Assembly (NCBI GenBank): GCA_947589595.1
Contig: CANQBV010000001.1
Span: 67,223-131,222 of the forward strand
Reading direction: 5' to 3'
Length of the DNA: 64,000 bases
From: an uncultured Clostridia bacterium
Lineage (GTDB): Bacteria; Bacillota; Clostridia; Oscillospirales; SIG627
Part shown: piece after piece, positions 32,061-41,768 of the stretch
Numbering within the stretch: position 1 is the stretch's first letter
Layout: the number at the start of each line of letters is the position of its first letter
Notes under the pieces: model-generated
The model's input: only the letters and a program-made list of their open reading frames with translations
Database searches by the model: none
Told to the model about the DNA's origin: nothing
Position numbers and translations under genes: made by a program

Positions 32061-32089
32061 TTGAAATTATAGCACTCCTCCTTTATAAT
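32061..32089 (+). promoter_or_regulatory. Consensus-like sigma-A promoter of the dcw cluster (Pmra)
   Basis: TTGAAA (32061-32066), 17-nt spacer, TATAAT (32084-32089). Confidence 0.75.
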
Positions 32090-32097
32090 GGGCTCAG

Positions 32098-32122
32098 GTG
32101 GAGAAAAATGGATGAAAGTGGA
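32098..32122 (+). promoter_or_regulatory. Candidate MraZ operator: three direct RTGGA boxes with exact 10-bp phasing
   Basis: GTGGA (32098-32102), ATGGA (32108-32112) and GTGGA (32118-32122) start 9 nt after the -10. A further TGGA follows at 32123. Confidence 0.55.
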
Positions 32123-32202
32123 TGGAAATTCCATTTTTGCCCTTATTTTCCATTCCCGTTCCCATGGTAGAGGAGTATATTTTTTGGAAAGGAGAATGGC
32201 CT

Positions 32203-32637
32203 ATGCGGATCGGTTTTTGCGGTGAATATCAATGTACGGCAGATGCGAAGGGCAGGCTGTTCGTTCCTGCCAAAATGCGCGACCATTTCAGTGAGAACCC
32301 CACGGTGGTGCTGGTCCGTTCGTTGGATCGCTGCATCAATCTCTATACGGAAGAAAAGTGGCTTGCTTTTCAGGAGCAGATCGAAGCGCTGCCCGGTACG
32401 GAAGCGCGCAACGTCAAACGTTTCTTCTATGCGTCCATGCAGGAAGGAGAGATCGATACGCAGGGCAGGATCCTTTTGCCGCTGCCGCTGCGCGAATTTG
32501 CCGGAATCGAAAAGCAAGTGGTCGTTCTTGGCTGCGGAGATCATGTCGAAATTTGGGATGAATTGTCATACCGCGAATACCTTGCCGGCAGTCGTACCGA
32601 AGATATCGAAGAAATTCTTCGCAGGAACGGGCTCTGA
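32203..32637 (+). CDS. mraZ: Transcriptional regulator MraZ
   Basis: Two SpoVT/AbrB-like repeats with DAKGRLFVPAKMR and DTQGRILLP. ATG at 32203 follows GGAAAGGAGAA. The track extension to 32122 crosses the operator. Confidence 0.93.
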   Translation: MRIGFCGEYQCTADAKGRLFVPAKMRDHFSENPTVVLVRSLDRCINLYTEEKWLAFQEQIEALPGTEARNVKRFFYASMQEGEIDTQGRILLPLPLREFAGIEKQVVVLGCGDHVEIWDELSYREYLAGSRTEDIEEILRRNGL

Positions 32638-33572
32638 TGGCGTCCTTTCAGCACTATTCGGTGATGCTGAAAGAAACCGTGGACGGTTTGCATCCGCGCC
32701 CCGATGGGATCTATGTGGACTGCACCCTTGGCGGAGGCGGCCATTCGGAATATTTGGCAAGTCAGCTTACTACCGGAAAACTTATTTGCATCGATCGCGA
32801 CGAGGAAGCCATTTTCCATGCTTCCCGCCGGCTGGAGCGCTATCGGGATAAAATCATTTTTGTGCACGAAAATTTCTGCAACGTCGGCGCTGTTTTAGAT
32901 CAATGGGCGCCGGATGGGATCGACGGCGCCATGATCGATCTCGGCGTTTCCTCTTATCAGCTGGATACGCCGGAGCGTGGTTTTTCTTACCACGCCGAAG
33001 CCCGGTTGGATATGCGGATGGATCAAAGCGCGCCGCTTTCCGCCTGGGAGGTGGTCAATACCTATTCCGAGGAAGCGCTTGCGCGCGTTCTTTTCCAATA
33101 CGGAGAGGAAAAACGGGCGCGCAGTATCGCCGCGGCGATTGTGAAGGAAAGAACAAAAAAGCCTGTCAATACGACTTTAGAACTGGCGGAGATTATCCGC
33201 AGCGTGTTCCCCCCGAAGGAACGCATCACCGGCAAGCACCCCGCCCGGAGAAGCTTTCAGGCGATCCGGATCGAAGTCAACGGGGAATTGGCGATTATTC
33301 CGGAAACCTTAACGCAGCTTGTGGAGCGTTTAAATACGGGCGGCTACCTTTCCGTAATCACCTTTCATTCGCTGGAGGACCGTGTGGTGAAAGAAACCCT
33401 GCGCGGCTTTGTTGACGGATGTACCTGCCCGCGGGATTTTCCGGTGTGCGTGTGCGGCTTTACCCCGAGCTTACGGCTGTGCAACCGCAAGCCCATGGAA
33501 CCGAGCGAAAAGGAATTGGAAGAGAACCCCCGCAGCCGTAGCGCCAAGCTGCGGATAGCGCAAAAAATATAG
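32637..33572 (+). CDS. rsmH: 16S rRNA (cytosine1402-N4)-methyltransferase RsmH (MraW)
   Basis: HYSVMLKE N-terminus and LGGGGHS SAM motif, 311 aa. Confidence 0.96.
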   Translation: MASFQHYSVMLKETVDGLHPRPDGIYVDCTLGGGGHSEYLASQLTTGKLICIDRDEEAIFHASRRLERYRDKIIFVHENFCNVGAVLDQWAPDGIDGAMIDLGVSSYQLDTPERGFSYHAEARLDMRMDQSAPLSAWEVVNTYSEEALARVLFQYGEEKRARSIAAAIVKERTKKPVNTTLELAEIIRSVFPPKERITGKHPARRSFQAIRIEVNGELAIIPETLTQLVERLNTGGYLSVITFHSLEDRVVKETLRGFVDGCTCPRDFPVCVCGFTPSLRLCNRKPMEPSEKELEENPRSRSAKLRIAQKI

Positions 33573-33594
33573 GAATTTTAAAGGAGAAAAAGGG

Positions 33595-34215
33595 ATGGAT
33601 ACCCTCTCCCGCAAAAAAACAGAAGAAAAGAAAAAAGCGCACGCTTTGCAAAAGCAGCAGGCCGAAAACCATGCTGCGGACGATTATAACCCCCGCATCC
33701 GTCCTCGGGAAACTCACCCGGATCCGGTGGACAGCGAAACGCGCGTTTCCCGTAATTTAAATAAATTGAACCGCGAACTGGTGAAAACGCCCGCCGCGCA
33801 GAAAATACCCGCCGTGCGCGAAAAGGTAAAGGTCACCACCGTGCGCAAGCCCATGCCGGTCGCGCTGATCGTCAGCGTTGTCATGATCACCGCGGTATTT
33901 ATATACATGCTCTCACTCAATGTGCAGATCGAAGAGTATTCGCGCTCCATTTCCGCCATGGAGGGGGAAATCGTCGAGCTGAAAGAGGAAGCGACCCGGC
34001 TGGAGGTGGAGCTGGAAAGTAAGTACGATCTGGACGAGATCGAACGCATCAGCACGCAGGAATACGGCATGGTTTCCGCAGATTCCCTGCCGAAAACCTA
34101 CATTTCGGTCAACGAAGAGGGCGAGGTCTACGAAACCAGCGAGTCGGCAAACCAAAACGGGGTTTCCAAGCTGATTTCCGGGTTTCTTTCTGCCGTCCGA
34201 TCGCTTTTCGAGTAG
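33595..34215 (+). CDS. ftsL: Cell division protein FtsL-like (long N-terminal basic tail, one TM, coiled coil)
   Basis: It sits in the ftsL slot between rsmH and the class B PBP, with a TM helix VALIVSVVMITAVFIYML followed by a heptad-rich segment. At 206 aa it is long for FtsL. Confidence 0.7.
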   Translation: MDTLSRKKTEEKKKAHALQKQQAENHAADDYNPRIRPRETHPDPVDSETRVSRNLNKLNRELVKTPAAQKIPAVREKVKVTTVRKPMPVALIVSVVMITAVFIYMLSLNVQIEEYSRSISAMEGEIVELKEEATRLEVELESKYDLDEIERISTQEYGMVSADSLPKTYISVNEEGEVYETSESANQNGVSKLISGFLSAVRSLFE

Positions 34216-34347
34216 ATCCGGAATATTCGAAAATAGTTTCGCATAAAGATACAAAAGAAAGGCATTTTCAAATCGAGTAAAGGCAGCAAAACGCCCTTAC
34301 TCTTTTTGACTTTTCAACCCCCAACAGCAGAGAAGAAAGGAGTTCTT

Positions 34348-36687
34348 ATGCAGGCAAGCTTTGGCGCAGGAAGATTGAAACTGAATAAGCGCGGCCATAT
34401 AATTCTGGCAATCTTCATAGCAAGCGCGATCGCGCTCGGCGTAAGACTTTTCTATATTCAGATCGTTAATTTTGAGAAATATCAGAGCGATACGATCAAT
34501 CAGTATATCCGCGAGGTTGAGGTAGAAGCCAAGCGCGGCACGATTTACGACCGCAATATGAAGGTGCTGGCGATCAGCACCAACGTGGAGCGCGTGTTTA
34601 TTTCGCCCAATACCATCCCCGGCGGCACCGTGGCGGAATTTATCGAAGAACAGGTCGAAAAAATCAAAGACAGCGATAAAAAGAAAGCGGAGCGCACCCG
34701 GTTGCTTTCGGTGTTTGAAAATACCTCGATCACCGTTGCACAGGATATTGCAAACGAGCTTTCCGCCTACCTCGGCGTTTCGACCGACATGGTGTTGGAA
34801 CGCGCCGCCAAAACAAAACGCGCCGATGAAACCATACAGCGGCAAGTGCCGCTGGAAACGACGGCGGAGATCAAAAAAATGGTAGCCGAAAAAGGCTACA
34901 GCAACATGATCCACTTCGCCGGAGAAACCAAACGCTACTACCCCTACAATTCGCTTGCAAGCCACGTCATTGGCTTTTGCGGAACGGACGGCGACGGCCT
35001 TTACGGCGCCGAGGCGTATTATAACGATCTTCTGACCGGCGAAAACGGCAAAATGATCTACGGGAAAGACGGCGTCGGCAATGAAATGAGCACCAAGTAC
35101 GAAAGCTATATCGACGCGAAGAACGGTTCGGATATTATGCTTACGATCGACTGGACCTGTCAGAGCATTTTGGAAAAATATCTGCAGGAAGCGCTGAACG
35201 ATACGAATGCCCAAAACCGTGTCTGCGGCATAATAATGGACGTCAATACCGCCGAAATTTTGGCGATGGCGACCAAGCCCGATTTTGATCTGAACGATCC
35301 GTTCGTGCTCGATTCGATTTCCCAGGCGCTTCTCGACGGCTTCGAGGGAACCGAGGAAGAAAAGGACACGGCTTACCGCAATCTTTTATATGAGCTTTGG
35401 AAAAACAAGGCGATCACGGAATTGTACGAACCGGGTTCCACCTTTAAAATCATTACCTCCGCCATGGTGCTGGAGGAAAACCTTGTTACCAAAACGGAAA
35501 CCTTCCGCTGCACCGGCGCGGTTCGGGTTCCCGGACTTTCACAGCCGATCCACTGCCACAAGCTGGTCGGGCACGGTACGCAGACCTTTGCGGAAGCGCT
35601 GGGGAATTCCTGCAACCCGGTCTTTGTCGCCATGGGGCAGCGCTTGGGGAAGGATCTTTTCTATAAATACTACAAAGCTTTCGGCTATTCCGAAACCACC
35701 GGGGTGGATATTCTCGGTGAGGCCAGCAACTTGTTTTTTGATCTTTCCACCTATTCCAGCGTCGACGTGGTTTGCGCGGCGTTCGGTGAAAACTTCATGG
35801 TAACGCCGATCTCGCACCTGCGTGCGGTTTGCGCCGTTGCCAACGGCGGGTATCTGGTCACGCCGCATGTATTGAAGGCCACGTTGGACGACCAGGGGAA
35901 CGTGGTGGAAAGCTACGCTGTTGATAATTCCCGCCAGGTCGTTTCCCACGAGAATTGCGAAGAGATTTGGCAATACCTATATGACAGCGTGGAAGACGGC
36001 GGCAATCGCAACGCTGCGGTACAGGGCTATAAAATCGCCGCCAAAACCGGTACCTCCACCAAATCCGAGGACAACGAAAACGGAACCCACCGCTATGTCG
36101 GTTCCTGCGTTGCGTTTGCGCCGGCGGATGCGCCGGAAATTGCCGTGATCTTTATTGTAGACGAACCGGTCGGAAATTACTACGGCTCTCTTGTTGCGGC
36201 GCCGTACGTCGCCAAAATCATGTCGGAGGTTCTGCCGTATCTGGGCGTAGATCCTGTGTATACCGAAGAAGAAATCGGCGGTCTCGGGATCATGGTTTCC
36301 GATTACACCGGAAAAACGCTCACCGCCGCCACCAACGATCTGACCGAAAAGGGCTTTACGGTTCGGGTGGAAGGAAACGGCGGCCAGGTTGTGGAGCAGT
36401 CGCCCGCATACGGTACCAGCATGCCGAAGGGCTCCACCGTGGTGCTTTATACGGAGAAGGGGCTGAAAAACCCCAATGTCGCCGTGCCGAATCTGCTTGG
36501 ACTCTCGGCAAGCGCAGCCAATGCCGCGCTTGTGAACGCCGGGCTGAATGTTTCGATCTCCAACGCCACCCTGAACGGCCTGGAGGGCGCGACTGTCTCG
36601 AAACAGAGCATTGCCGCCGGAGAAATGGTTGCACCCGGCACAGTTGTCGTAATAGAATTTAAGTACGTGGCGGGCGCCACGGATTAA
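34348..36687 (+). CDS. Class B penicillin-binding protein (FtsI/PBP2B/SpoVD-type) with two C-terminal PASTA domains
   Basis: STFK, SCN and KTG transpeptidase motifs, an N-terminal TM anchor, and two PASTA-like repeats at the C-terminus. ATG at 34348 follows AGAAAGGAG. Confidence 0.93.
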   Translation: MQASFGAGRLKLNKRGHIILAIFIASAIALGVRLFYIQIVNFEKYQSDTINQYIREVEVEAKRGTIYDRNMKVLAISTNVERVFISPNTIPGGTVAEFIEEQVEKIKDSDKKKAERTRLLSVFENTSITVAQDIANELSAYLGVSTDMVLERAAKTKRADETIQRQVPLETTAEIKKMVAEKGYSNMIHFAGETKRYYPYNSLASHVIGFCGTDGDGLYGAEAYYNDLLTGENGKMIYGKDGVGNEMSTKYESYIDAKNGSDIMLTIDWTCQSILEKYLQEALNDTNAQNRVCGIIMDVNTAEILAMATKPDFDLNDPFVLDSISQALLDGFEGTEEEKDTAYRNLLYELWKNKAITELYEPGSTFKIITSAMVLEENLVTKTETFRCTGAVRVPGLSQPIHCHKLVGHGTQTFAEALGNSCNPVFVAMGQRLGKDLFYKYYKAFGYSETTGVDILGEASNLFFDLSTYSSVDVVCAAFGENFMVTPISHLRAVCAVANGGYLVTPHVLKATLDDQGNVVESYAVDNSRQVVSHENCEEIWQYLYDSVEDGGNRNAAVQGYKIAAKTGTSTKSEDNENGTHRYVGSCVAFAPADAPEIAVIFIVDEPVGNYYGSLVAAPYVAKIMSEVLPYLGVDPVYTEEEIGGLGIMVSDYTGKTLTAATNDLTEKGFTVRVEGNGGQVVEQSPAYGTSMPKGSTVVLYTEKGLKNPNVAVPNLLGLSASAANAALVNAGLNVSISNATLNGLEGATVSKQSIAAGEMVAPGTVVVIEFKYVAGATD

Positions 36688-36702
36688 CGAAGGGAAATTT
36701 GT

Positions 36703-38166
36703 ATGCAGATCACAAAGCTATTTGAACAGGTTCCGATCCTGAAAACCAACGTTTCCGAAACGTTGGAGATCGATTCCGTTTGGTCGGACAGTCGTAAAAT
36801 AAAAAAAGGAAGTGCTTTTGTCTGTCTGAAGGGAACCAAATACGACGGCTATATGTGGATCGATTCCGCTTTGGAAAACGGAGCTGCCGTTGTGGTTTGT
36901 GAGGAAATTCCCGAAAAAGAGATCCCGTTTGTGCAGGTGGCGGATACCCGCTCGGCTCTGCCGCTTTTGCTGGCGGCGCTGTACGGCCATCCGGAAAGAT
37001 CCTTCCGTAAAATCATTGCCATTACCGGCACCAACGGCAAAACCACCACTTCCTTTATGCTGAAAGCCATTTTTGAAGAAGCCGGCGTGAAAACCGGGTT
37101 GATCGGCACCACCAAATACCTGATCGGCAATGAAGAATATCAGGTGGAAAAAAGCGAAGCCTTTTTAACGACGCCCGATCCCGAACTGTTCTTTGCGCTG
37201 CTTTCCGCCATGCGGGACGCCGAGGTCGACACCGTGATCATGGAAGCGTCCAGTCACGCGCTGTATTTAAAAAAGCTTTCCGGGATCCATTTTGATATCG
37301 GTATTTTTTCCAATCTGACGCAGGATCATATTGATTTCCATAAAACCATGGAGGACTATCTTGCCGCCAAAAAAATCCTGTTCCAGCATTGCGATATTGG
37401 TGTTTTCAATGCCGATGATCCGCATTTTGAAGCCATGACAAGCGGCGTTTCCTGCAAGGTCAAGAGTTATTCTGCTGTGAAAAACGCCGATTTTACAGCG
37501 CTAAACGCGGCGTTTAAAGACCCGAAAGGGATTTCTTATACGCTTTCCCACGATGGAAAAGAGCAGGAGATTTTTGTAGGCATCCCCGGAAAGTTTACGG
37601 TCTATAATTCTCTGGCGGCCTCCGCCGCCGCGCTCTGCGCCGGAATCGGTGCGGACGTGGTGGCCAAAGCGCTTTTGAAAATGGAGGGCGTGAAGGGAAG
37701 AATTGAAAAAATTCCCGTCGCGGCGCCGTTTTCCGTTTTCATTGACTTCGCCCACACGCCCGATGCGCTGGAAAATATTCTCAAAACGCTGCGGGAATTT
37801 ACCAAGGGACGCCTTGTTACTTTGTTTGGCTGCGGCGGCGACCGCGACAAGGCCAAACGTCCCATCATGGGAAAGATCGCCTGTGAAATGAGCGATTTTG
37901 TGATCATCACTTCAGATAATTCGCGCAGCGAGGAAAAAGAAGATATTATTCGAGACATTCTGGTTGGCGTGGAGGGAACCGGTACGCCGCACGTCACGAT
38001 CTGCGACCGTACGGAGGCCATTCACTATGCCCTTTCCCATGCAAAAGAAGGCGACGTCATTCTTCTGGCGGGCAAAGGCCATGAGGAATATGAGATCGAT
38101 AAAACCGGCAAGCACGAATATTCCGAGCGTAAAATCGTGTTGGAATATATGGGGGCAAGGTTATGA
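36703..38166 (+). CDS. murE: UDP-N-acetylmuramoyl-L-alanyl-D-glutamate-2,6-diaminopimelate (or L-lysine) ligase MurE
   Basis: GTNGKTT P-loop and Mur ligase three-domain layout. The DNSRSEE segment resembles the DNPR motif of DAP-adding enzymes (inference). Confidence 0.94.
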   Translation: MQITKLFEQVPILKTNVSETLEIDSVWSDSRKIKKGSAFVCLKGTKYDGYMWIDSALENGAAVVVCEEIPEKEIPFVQVADTRSALPLLLAALYGHPERSFRKIIAITGTNGKTTTSFMLKAIFEEAGVKTGLIGTTKYLIGNEEYQVEKSEAFLTTPDPELFFALLSAMRDAEVDTVIMEASSHALYLKKLSGIHFDIGIFSNLTQDHIDFHKTMEDYLAAKKILFQHCDIGVFNADDPHFEAMTSGVSCKVKSYSAVKNADFTALNAAFKDPKGISYTLSHDGKEQEIFVGIPGKFTVYNSLAASAAALCAGIGADVVAKALLKMEGVKGRIEKIPVAAPFSVFIDFAHTPDALENILKTLREFTKGRLVTLFGCGGDRDKAKRPIMGKIACEMSDFVIITSDNSRSEEKEDIIRDILVGVEGTGTPHVTICDRTEAIHYALSHAKEGDVILLAGKGHEEYEIDKTGKHEYSERKIVLEYMGARL

Positions 38167-39536
38167 TGCGGCTGTCTTTACAGGAAATTGCCCGGGCTTG
38201 CGACGGCGAGCTTTTCGGACCGGCCGAAAAGGAAGTGAGCGGCGTCTGCACCGATTCCCGGAATTACCGCGCGGGAGAGCTTTTTGTAGCCCTGCGCGGG
38301 GAGCGCTTTGACGCGCATGATTTTATTCCCGAAATGGACCCGGCGCCGGACGCCGTGATCAGCGAAAAACGCTTTGAGGGGATCCCCACGGTTTTGGTGC
38401 CGGATACACTGAAAGCGTTCGGGAAGCTTGCTTCCTACTGGAGAAGCAAGGTTGCGCCGTCTGTCTGCGTGGGGGTTACCGGCTCGGTGGGCAAAACCAC
38501 CACAAAAGAGCTCATTGCCGATGTGCTGAAGGAAAAATACAGAACGCACTATACCTCCGGCAATTTTAATAATCATATCGGCCTGCCGATTACACTTTTC
38601 GGCATGGAAGAAGGCACCGAAGCCCTGGTGTGCGAAATGGGCATGTCGGCGCGCGGCGAAATCGAATATCTTTCCGGCATTGCCAAACCCAGCCTTGCCG
38701 TAATCACCAATATCGGCACCTCGCACATGGAAATCCTCGGCAGCCGCGAGGCGATTTGCGAAGCCAAGCTCGAGATCCTTTCCGGCATGGAAAAGGGAAG
38801 CACCATTGTTCTCGACGGCGACGAACCGCTGTTCCGTACCGAAAGGGCAAAAGCGCTGCTTGAGGGCTACCGCCCCGTTTTTGTAGGCTTTGATCCAAAG
38901 TGCGATATTTACCCCATGGATATTTACAAAGGCCCCGCTTCGATTTCCTTTGACGTGGTCAGCCGCGACAATGAATTCCGCGTTACCGTGCCGGCGATCG
39001 GGGATCACTTTATCAAAAACGCGCTCTTTGCGGCGGCGGTGGGAATGCTTTGCGGGGTGGAGAATCAAAAGATCCGCGACGGCATTCTTGCCTACGCTCC
39101 CACCGGGCTTCGCCAAAAAATTTATGAAAAAAACGGTATCTGTGTAATTGCGGACTGCTATAACGCTTCTCCCGAGTCCATGACGGCGGCGCTGAAGGTT
39201 TTAAAAAGCGTGGACTGCAAAGGAAGAAAAATCGCCGTTCTCGGAGATATGCTGGAATTGGGCGATCTTTTGGAAAAAGCGCATCGGGAAGTCGGACTCT
39301 TTTGTGCAAAAAGCGGCGTCGACCGGCTTTATACTTACGGAAAAGCCGCCTACCATATTTTGCTCGGCGCTTTGGAGGGCGGTATGGGAAAGGATACCGC
39401 CACCAATTCGATCGATCGGGACCAGGTATCTGCGCAACTACAAGAAGTTCTGCAGCCCGGGGACACGGTTCTCTTTAAGGCCAGCAGAAGAATGAAATTA
39501 GAGGAGATTATCGCACTCTGCGGTTTATCGGAATAG
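38163..39536 (+). CDS. murF: UDP-N-acetylmuramoyl-tripeptide-D-alanyl-D-alanine ligase MurF
   Basis: GSVGKTT P-loop. ATGA overlap with murE. 457 aa. Confidence 0.94.
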   Translation: MMRLSLQEIARACDGELFGPAEKEVSGVCTDSRNYRAGELFVALRGERFDAHDFIPEMDPAPDAVISEKRFEGIPTVLVPDTLKAFGKLASYWRSKVAPSVCVGVTGSVGKTTTKELIADVLKEKYRTHYTSGNFNNHIGLPITLFGMEEGTEALVCEMGMSARGEIEYLSGIAKPSLAVITNIGTSHMEILGSREAICEAKLEILSGMEKGSTIVLDGDEPLFRTERAKALLEGYRPVFVGFDPKCDIYPMDIYKGPASISFDVVSRDNEFRVTVPAIGDHFIKNALFAAAVGMLCGVENQKIRDGILAYAPTGLRQKIYEKNGICVIADCYNASPESMTAALKVLKSVDCKGRKIAVLGDMLELGDLLEKAHREVGLFCAKSGVDRLYTYGKAAYHILLGALEGGMGKDTATNSIDRDQVSAQLQEVLQPGDTVLFKASRRMKLEEIIALCGLSE

Positions 39537-39540
39537 GATT

Positions 39541-40518
39541 ATGAATCAAGCACTCCTTCTCGCCGCTCTCGGCTCTTTTCTCTTGGCAATGATCGTCACC
39601 TTCCTTGCCGAAAAGAAATGGATCCCCTTTTTAATGCGAATCAAAATGGGACAAACGATTTTGGAGATCGGTCCCCGCTGGCACAAGTCCAAAGAAGGCA
39701 CGCCCACTATGGGCGGAATCTTTTTTGCCGGCGGTATTTTGGTTTCGCTCTTGGCGTTTGTATTGCCGGCGGCGATTCGGGAGAACGACTATTCCTTTGT
39801 GAAAATTGCCGGGTTGATGGCTTTATCCGGCTGTATTGGCTTTATCGACGACTTTGTAAAGTTTGTCAAAAAGCGCAACCGCGGCTTATCGCCCTTGCAG
39901 AAACTGATTTTGCAGTTTGCGGTTGCCGCCGGGTTTCTCTATTCCATGAAGGGCTCTCTTTCCACGGCCATCTCGCTGCCGTTTACCTCCTACCGGCTGG
40001 AGCTTGGCGTTTTCTACTGGGTGTTTTCGATTTTATTTATTGTCTATATCACCAACGCCGCCAATTTAACAGACGGGATCGACGGCCTTGCCGCCAGCTG
40101 CAGCTTTGTGATCGCGGCGTATTTCCTGGTGGTGTCCTATTTTGCCGCGTCCTCTTCGAAAACCTTGTTTTTCGCCGCGCTCTGCGGCGGCATGATCGGC
40201 TTTTTGATGTATAACTTTTACCCGGCGCGCATTTTTATGGGCGATACCGGCTCTCTCTTTTTAGGAGGGGCGCTTGCCGGTGCGGCGTATTGGTTCGACA
40301 CTCCCTTGATTATTCTGATCAGCGGCCTTTTCATCATATGGGAAGGGGTGAGCGTGGTGCTGCAGGTGCTGTTTTATAAGCTCACCAAAAAGCGCATTTT
40401 TAAAATGGCGCCTTTCCACCATCATCTGGAGCTTTGCGGCTGGAAAGAAACCAAAATTGTAGCGGTAGCCGCTCTTTGCACGGCGCTCTTTTGCGTTGTC
40501 GCCTATTTTGCTTTTTAA
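39541..40518 (+). CDS. mraY: Phospho-N-acetylmuramoyl-pentapeptide transferase MraY
   Basis: Ten-TM pattern with the NLTDGIDGLA motif and an HHH segment (PFHHHLE). Confidence 0.97.
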   Translation: MNQALLLAALGSFLLAMIVTFLAEKKWIPFLMRIKMGQTILEIGPRWHKSKEGTPTMGGIFFAGGILVSLLAFVLPAAIRENDYSFVKIAGLMALSGCIGFIDDFVKFVKKRNRGLSPLQKLILQFAVAAGFLYSMKGSLSTAISLPFTSYRLELGVFYWVFSILFIVYITNAANLTDGIDGLAASCSFVIAAYFLVVSYFAASSSKTLFFAALCGGMIGFLMYNFYPARIFMGDTGSLFLGGALAGAAYWFDTPLIILISGLFIIWEGVSVVLQVLFYKLTKKRIFKMAPFHHHLELCGWKETKIVAVAALCTALFCVVAYFAF

Positions 40519-40542
40519 ATCATCTTCGGAAAGGAGAAGAAT

Positions 40543-41751
40543 ATGGGAAAATCCTCCCTCACCCCCAAGGATCCGTCCGAAATTCTCCCGCCGCGTAAGC
40601 GGAAAACGCTTCTCCCTTCCCAAAAAGGAAGAGTGATCGAACGGCTGCGCACGGGTTACGACCAACCGTTTTTGATTCTGGTTATCATTCTGCTTTGTAT
40701 CGGCACCACGTTTGTGTTTTCGGCAAGCTACGTCTATGCCAAAAACCGCTATGACGACAGCTATTTTTTTGCCAAACGGCAGATCTTTTGGGCGATCGGC
40801 TCCCTTTTTGTGCTCTATCTGGCGTCCCGCGTGGATTATAAACTGCTTTATCGCCTGGCGCTGCCGATTTTCGCCGTCTCCTATATTTTACTGTGGTTTG
40901 TGTTTTTCTTCGGAGCCGACGCCAACGGCGCCCGGCGCTGGATCTACGTCGGTCCCCTGAGCGTGCAGCCCTCGGAAATCGTCAAGTTTTCCGTAGTGCT
41001 TTTGGTGGCGAAATACCTGACCCAACTACAGCAAAAAGACCGCGATAAGATCCGCTCCTTTCGCTACGGCGTTTTGCCGTTCGGCTTTTTGGTGGTGCTG
41101 ATCGGTGTGCCGTTGTATTTGCAGCCGCACCTTTCCGCAATGATCATCATTTTCGCCCTGATTTTCATTCTCATGTATCTTGGCGGCGTCAAGCTCTCCA
41201 TTTTGAGCGGGCTTCTCGGCACCGGTTCGTTGGGAATGCTGGGGATTATCCTCTTTACTTCCCACGGCAGATCGCGCATTGTTGCCTGGCTGCACCCGGA
41301 GCTGGATCCCCGCGGAGACGGCTGGCAGCCGCTGCAATCGCTGTATGCCATTGGCTCCGGCGGCTTTTGGGGCTCGGGGCTGGGGCAATCCAAGCAAAAG
41401 CATTTGTATTTGCCCGAGCCGCAGAATGACTATATCTTTGCCATTATCTGCGAGGAAATGGGCTGGATTTTTGCCGTTGCACTGATTATGCTGTTTGTTC
41501 TTCTCATATGGCGCGGCTTTCACATTGCCCGCAATGCGCCGGATCAGTTTTCCGCACTTTTGGCCATGGGGATCATCATTCAGATCGGTTTGCAGGTGTT
41601 TTTGAACATCGGCGTTGTTACCAATTCTCTGCCCAGTACGGGCGTGTCTCTGCCGTTTTTCAGCTACGGAGGTTCTTCTCTGATGATCTTCATGGCAGAA
41701 ATGGGTGTGATATTGAATATTTCCAAGCAATCCTATATTGAAAAAACGTAG
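40543..41751 (+). CDS. ftsW: SEDS-family peptidoglycan glycosyltransferase FtsW/SpoVE
   Basis: Multi-TM SEDS protein with PEPQNDYIFA and the SLPFFSYGGSS C-terminal motif. dcw position between mraY and murG. Confidence 0.92.
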   Translation: MGKSSLTPKDPSEILPPRKRKTLLPSQKGRVIERLRTGYDQPFLILVIILLCIGTTFVFSASYVYAKNRYDDSYFFAKRQIFWAIGSLFVLYLASRVDYKLLYRLALPIFAVSYILLWFVFFFGADANGARRWIYVGPLSVQPSEIVKFSVVLLVAKYLTQLQQKDRDKIRSFRYGVLPFGFLVVLIGVPLYLQPHLSAMIIIFALIFILMYLGGVKLSILSGLLGTGSLGMLGIILFTSHGRSRIVAWLHPELDPRGDGWQPLQSLYAIGSGGFWGSGLGQSKQKHLYLPEPQNDYIFAIICEEMGWIFAVALIMLFVLLIWRGFHIARNAPDQFSALLAMGIIIQIGLQVFLNIGVVTNSLPSTGVSLPFFSYGGSSLMIFMAEMGVILNISKQSYIEKT

Positions 41752-41768
41752 AACCGGGAGGGGAAGAC

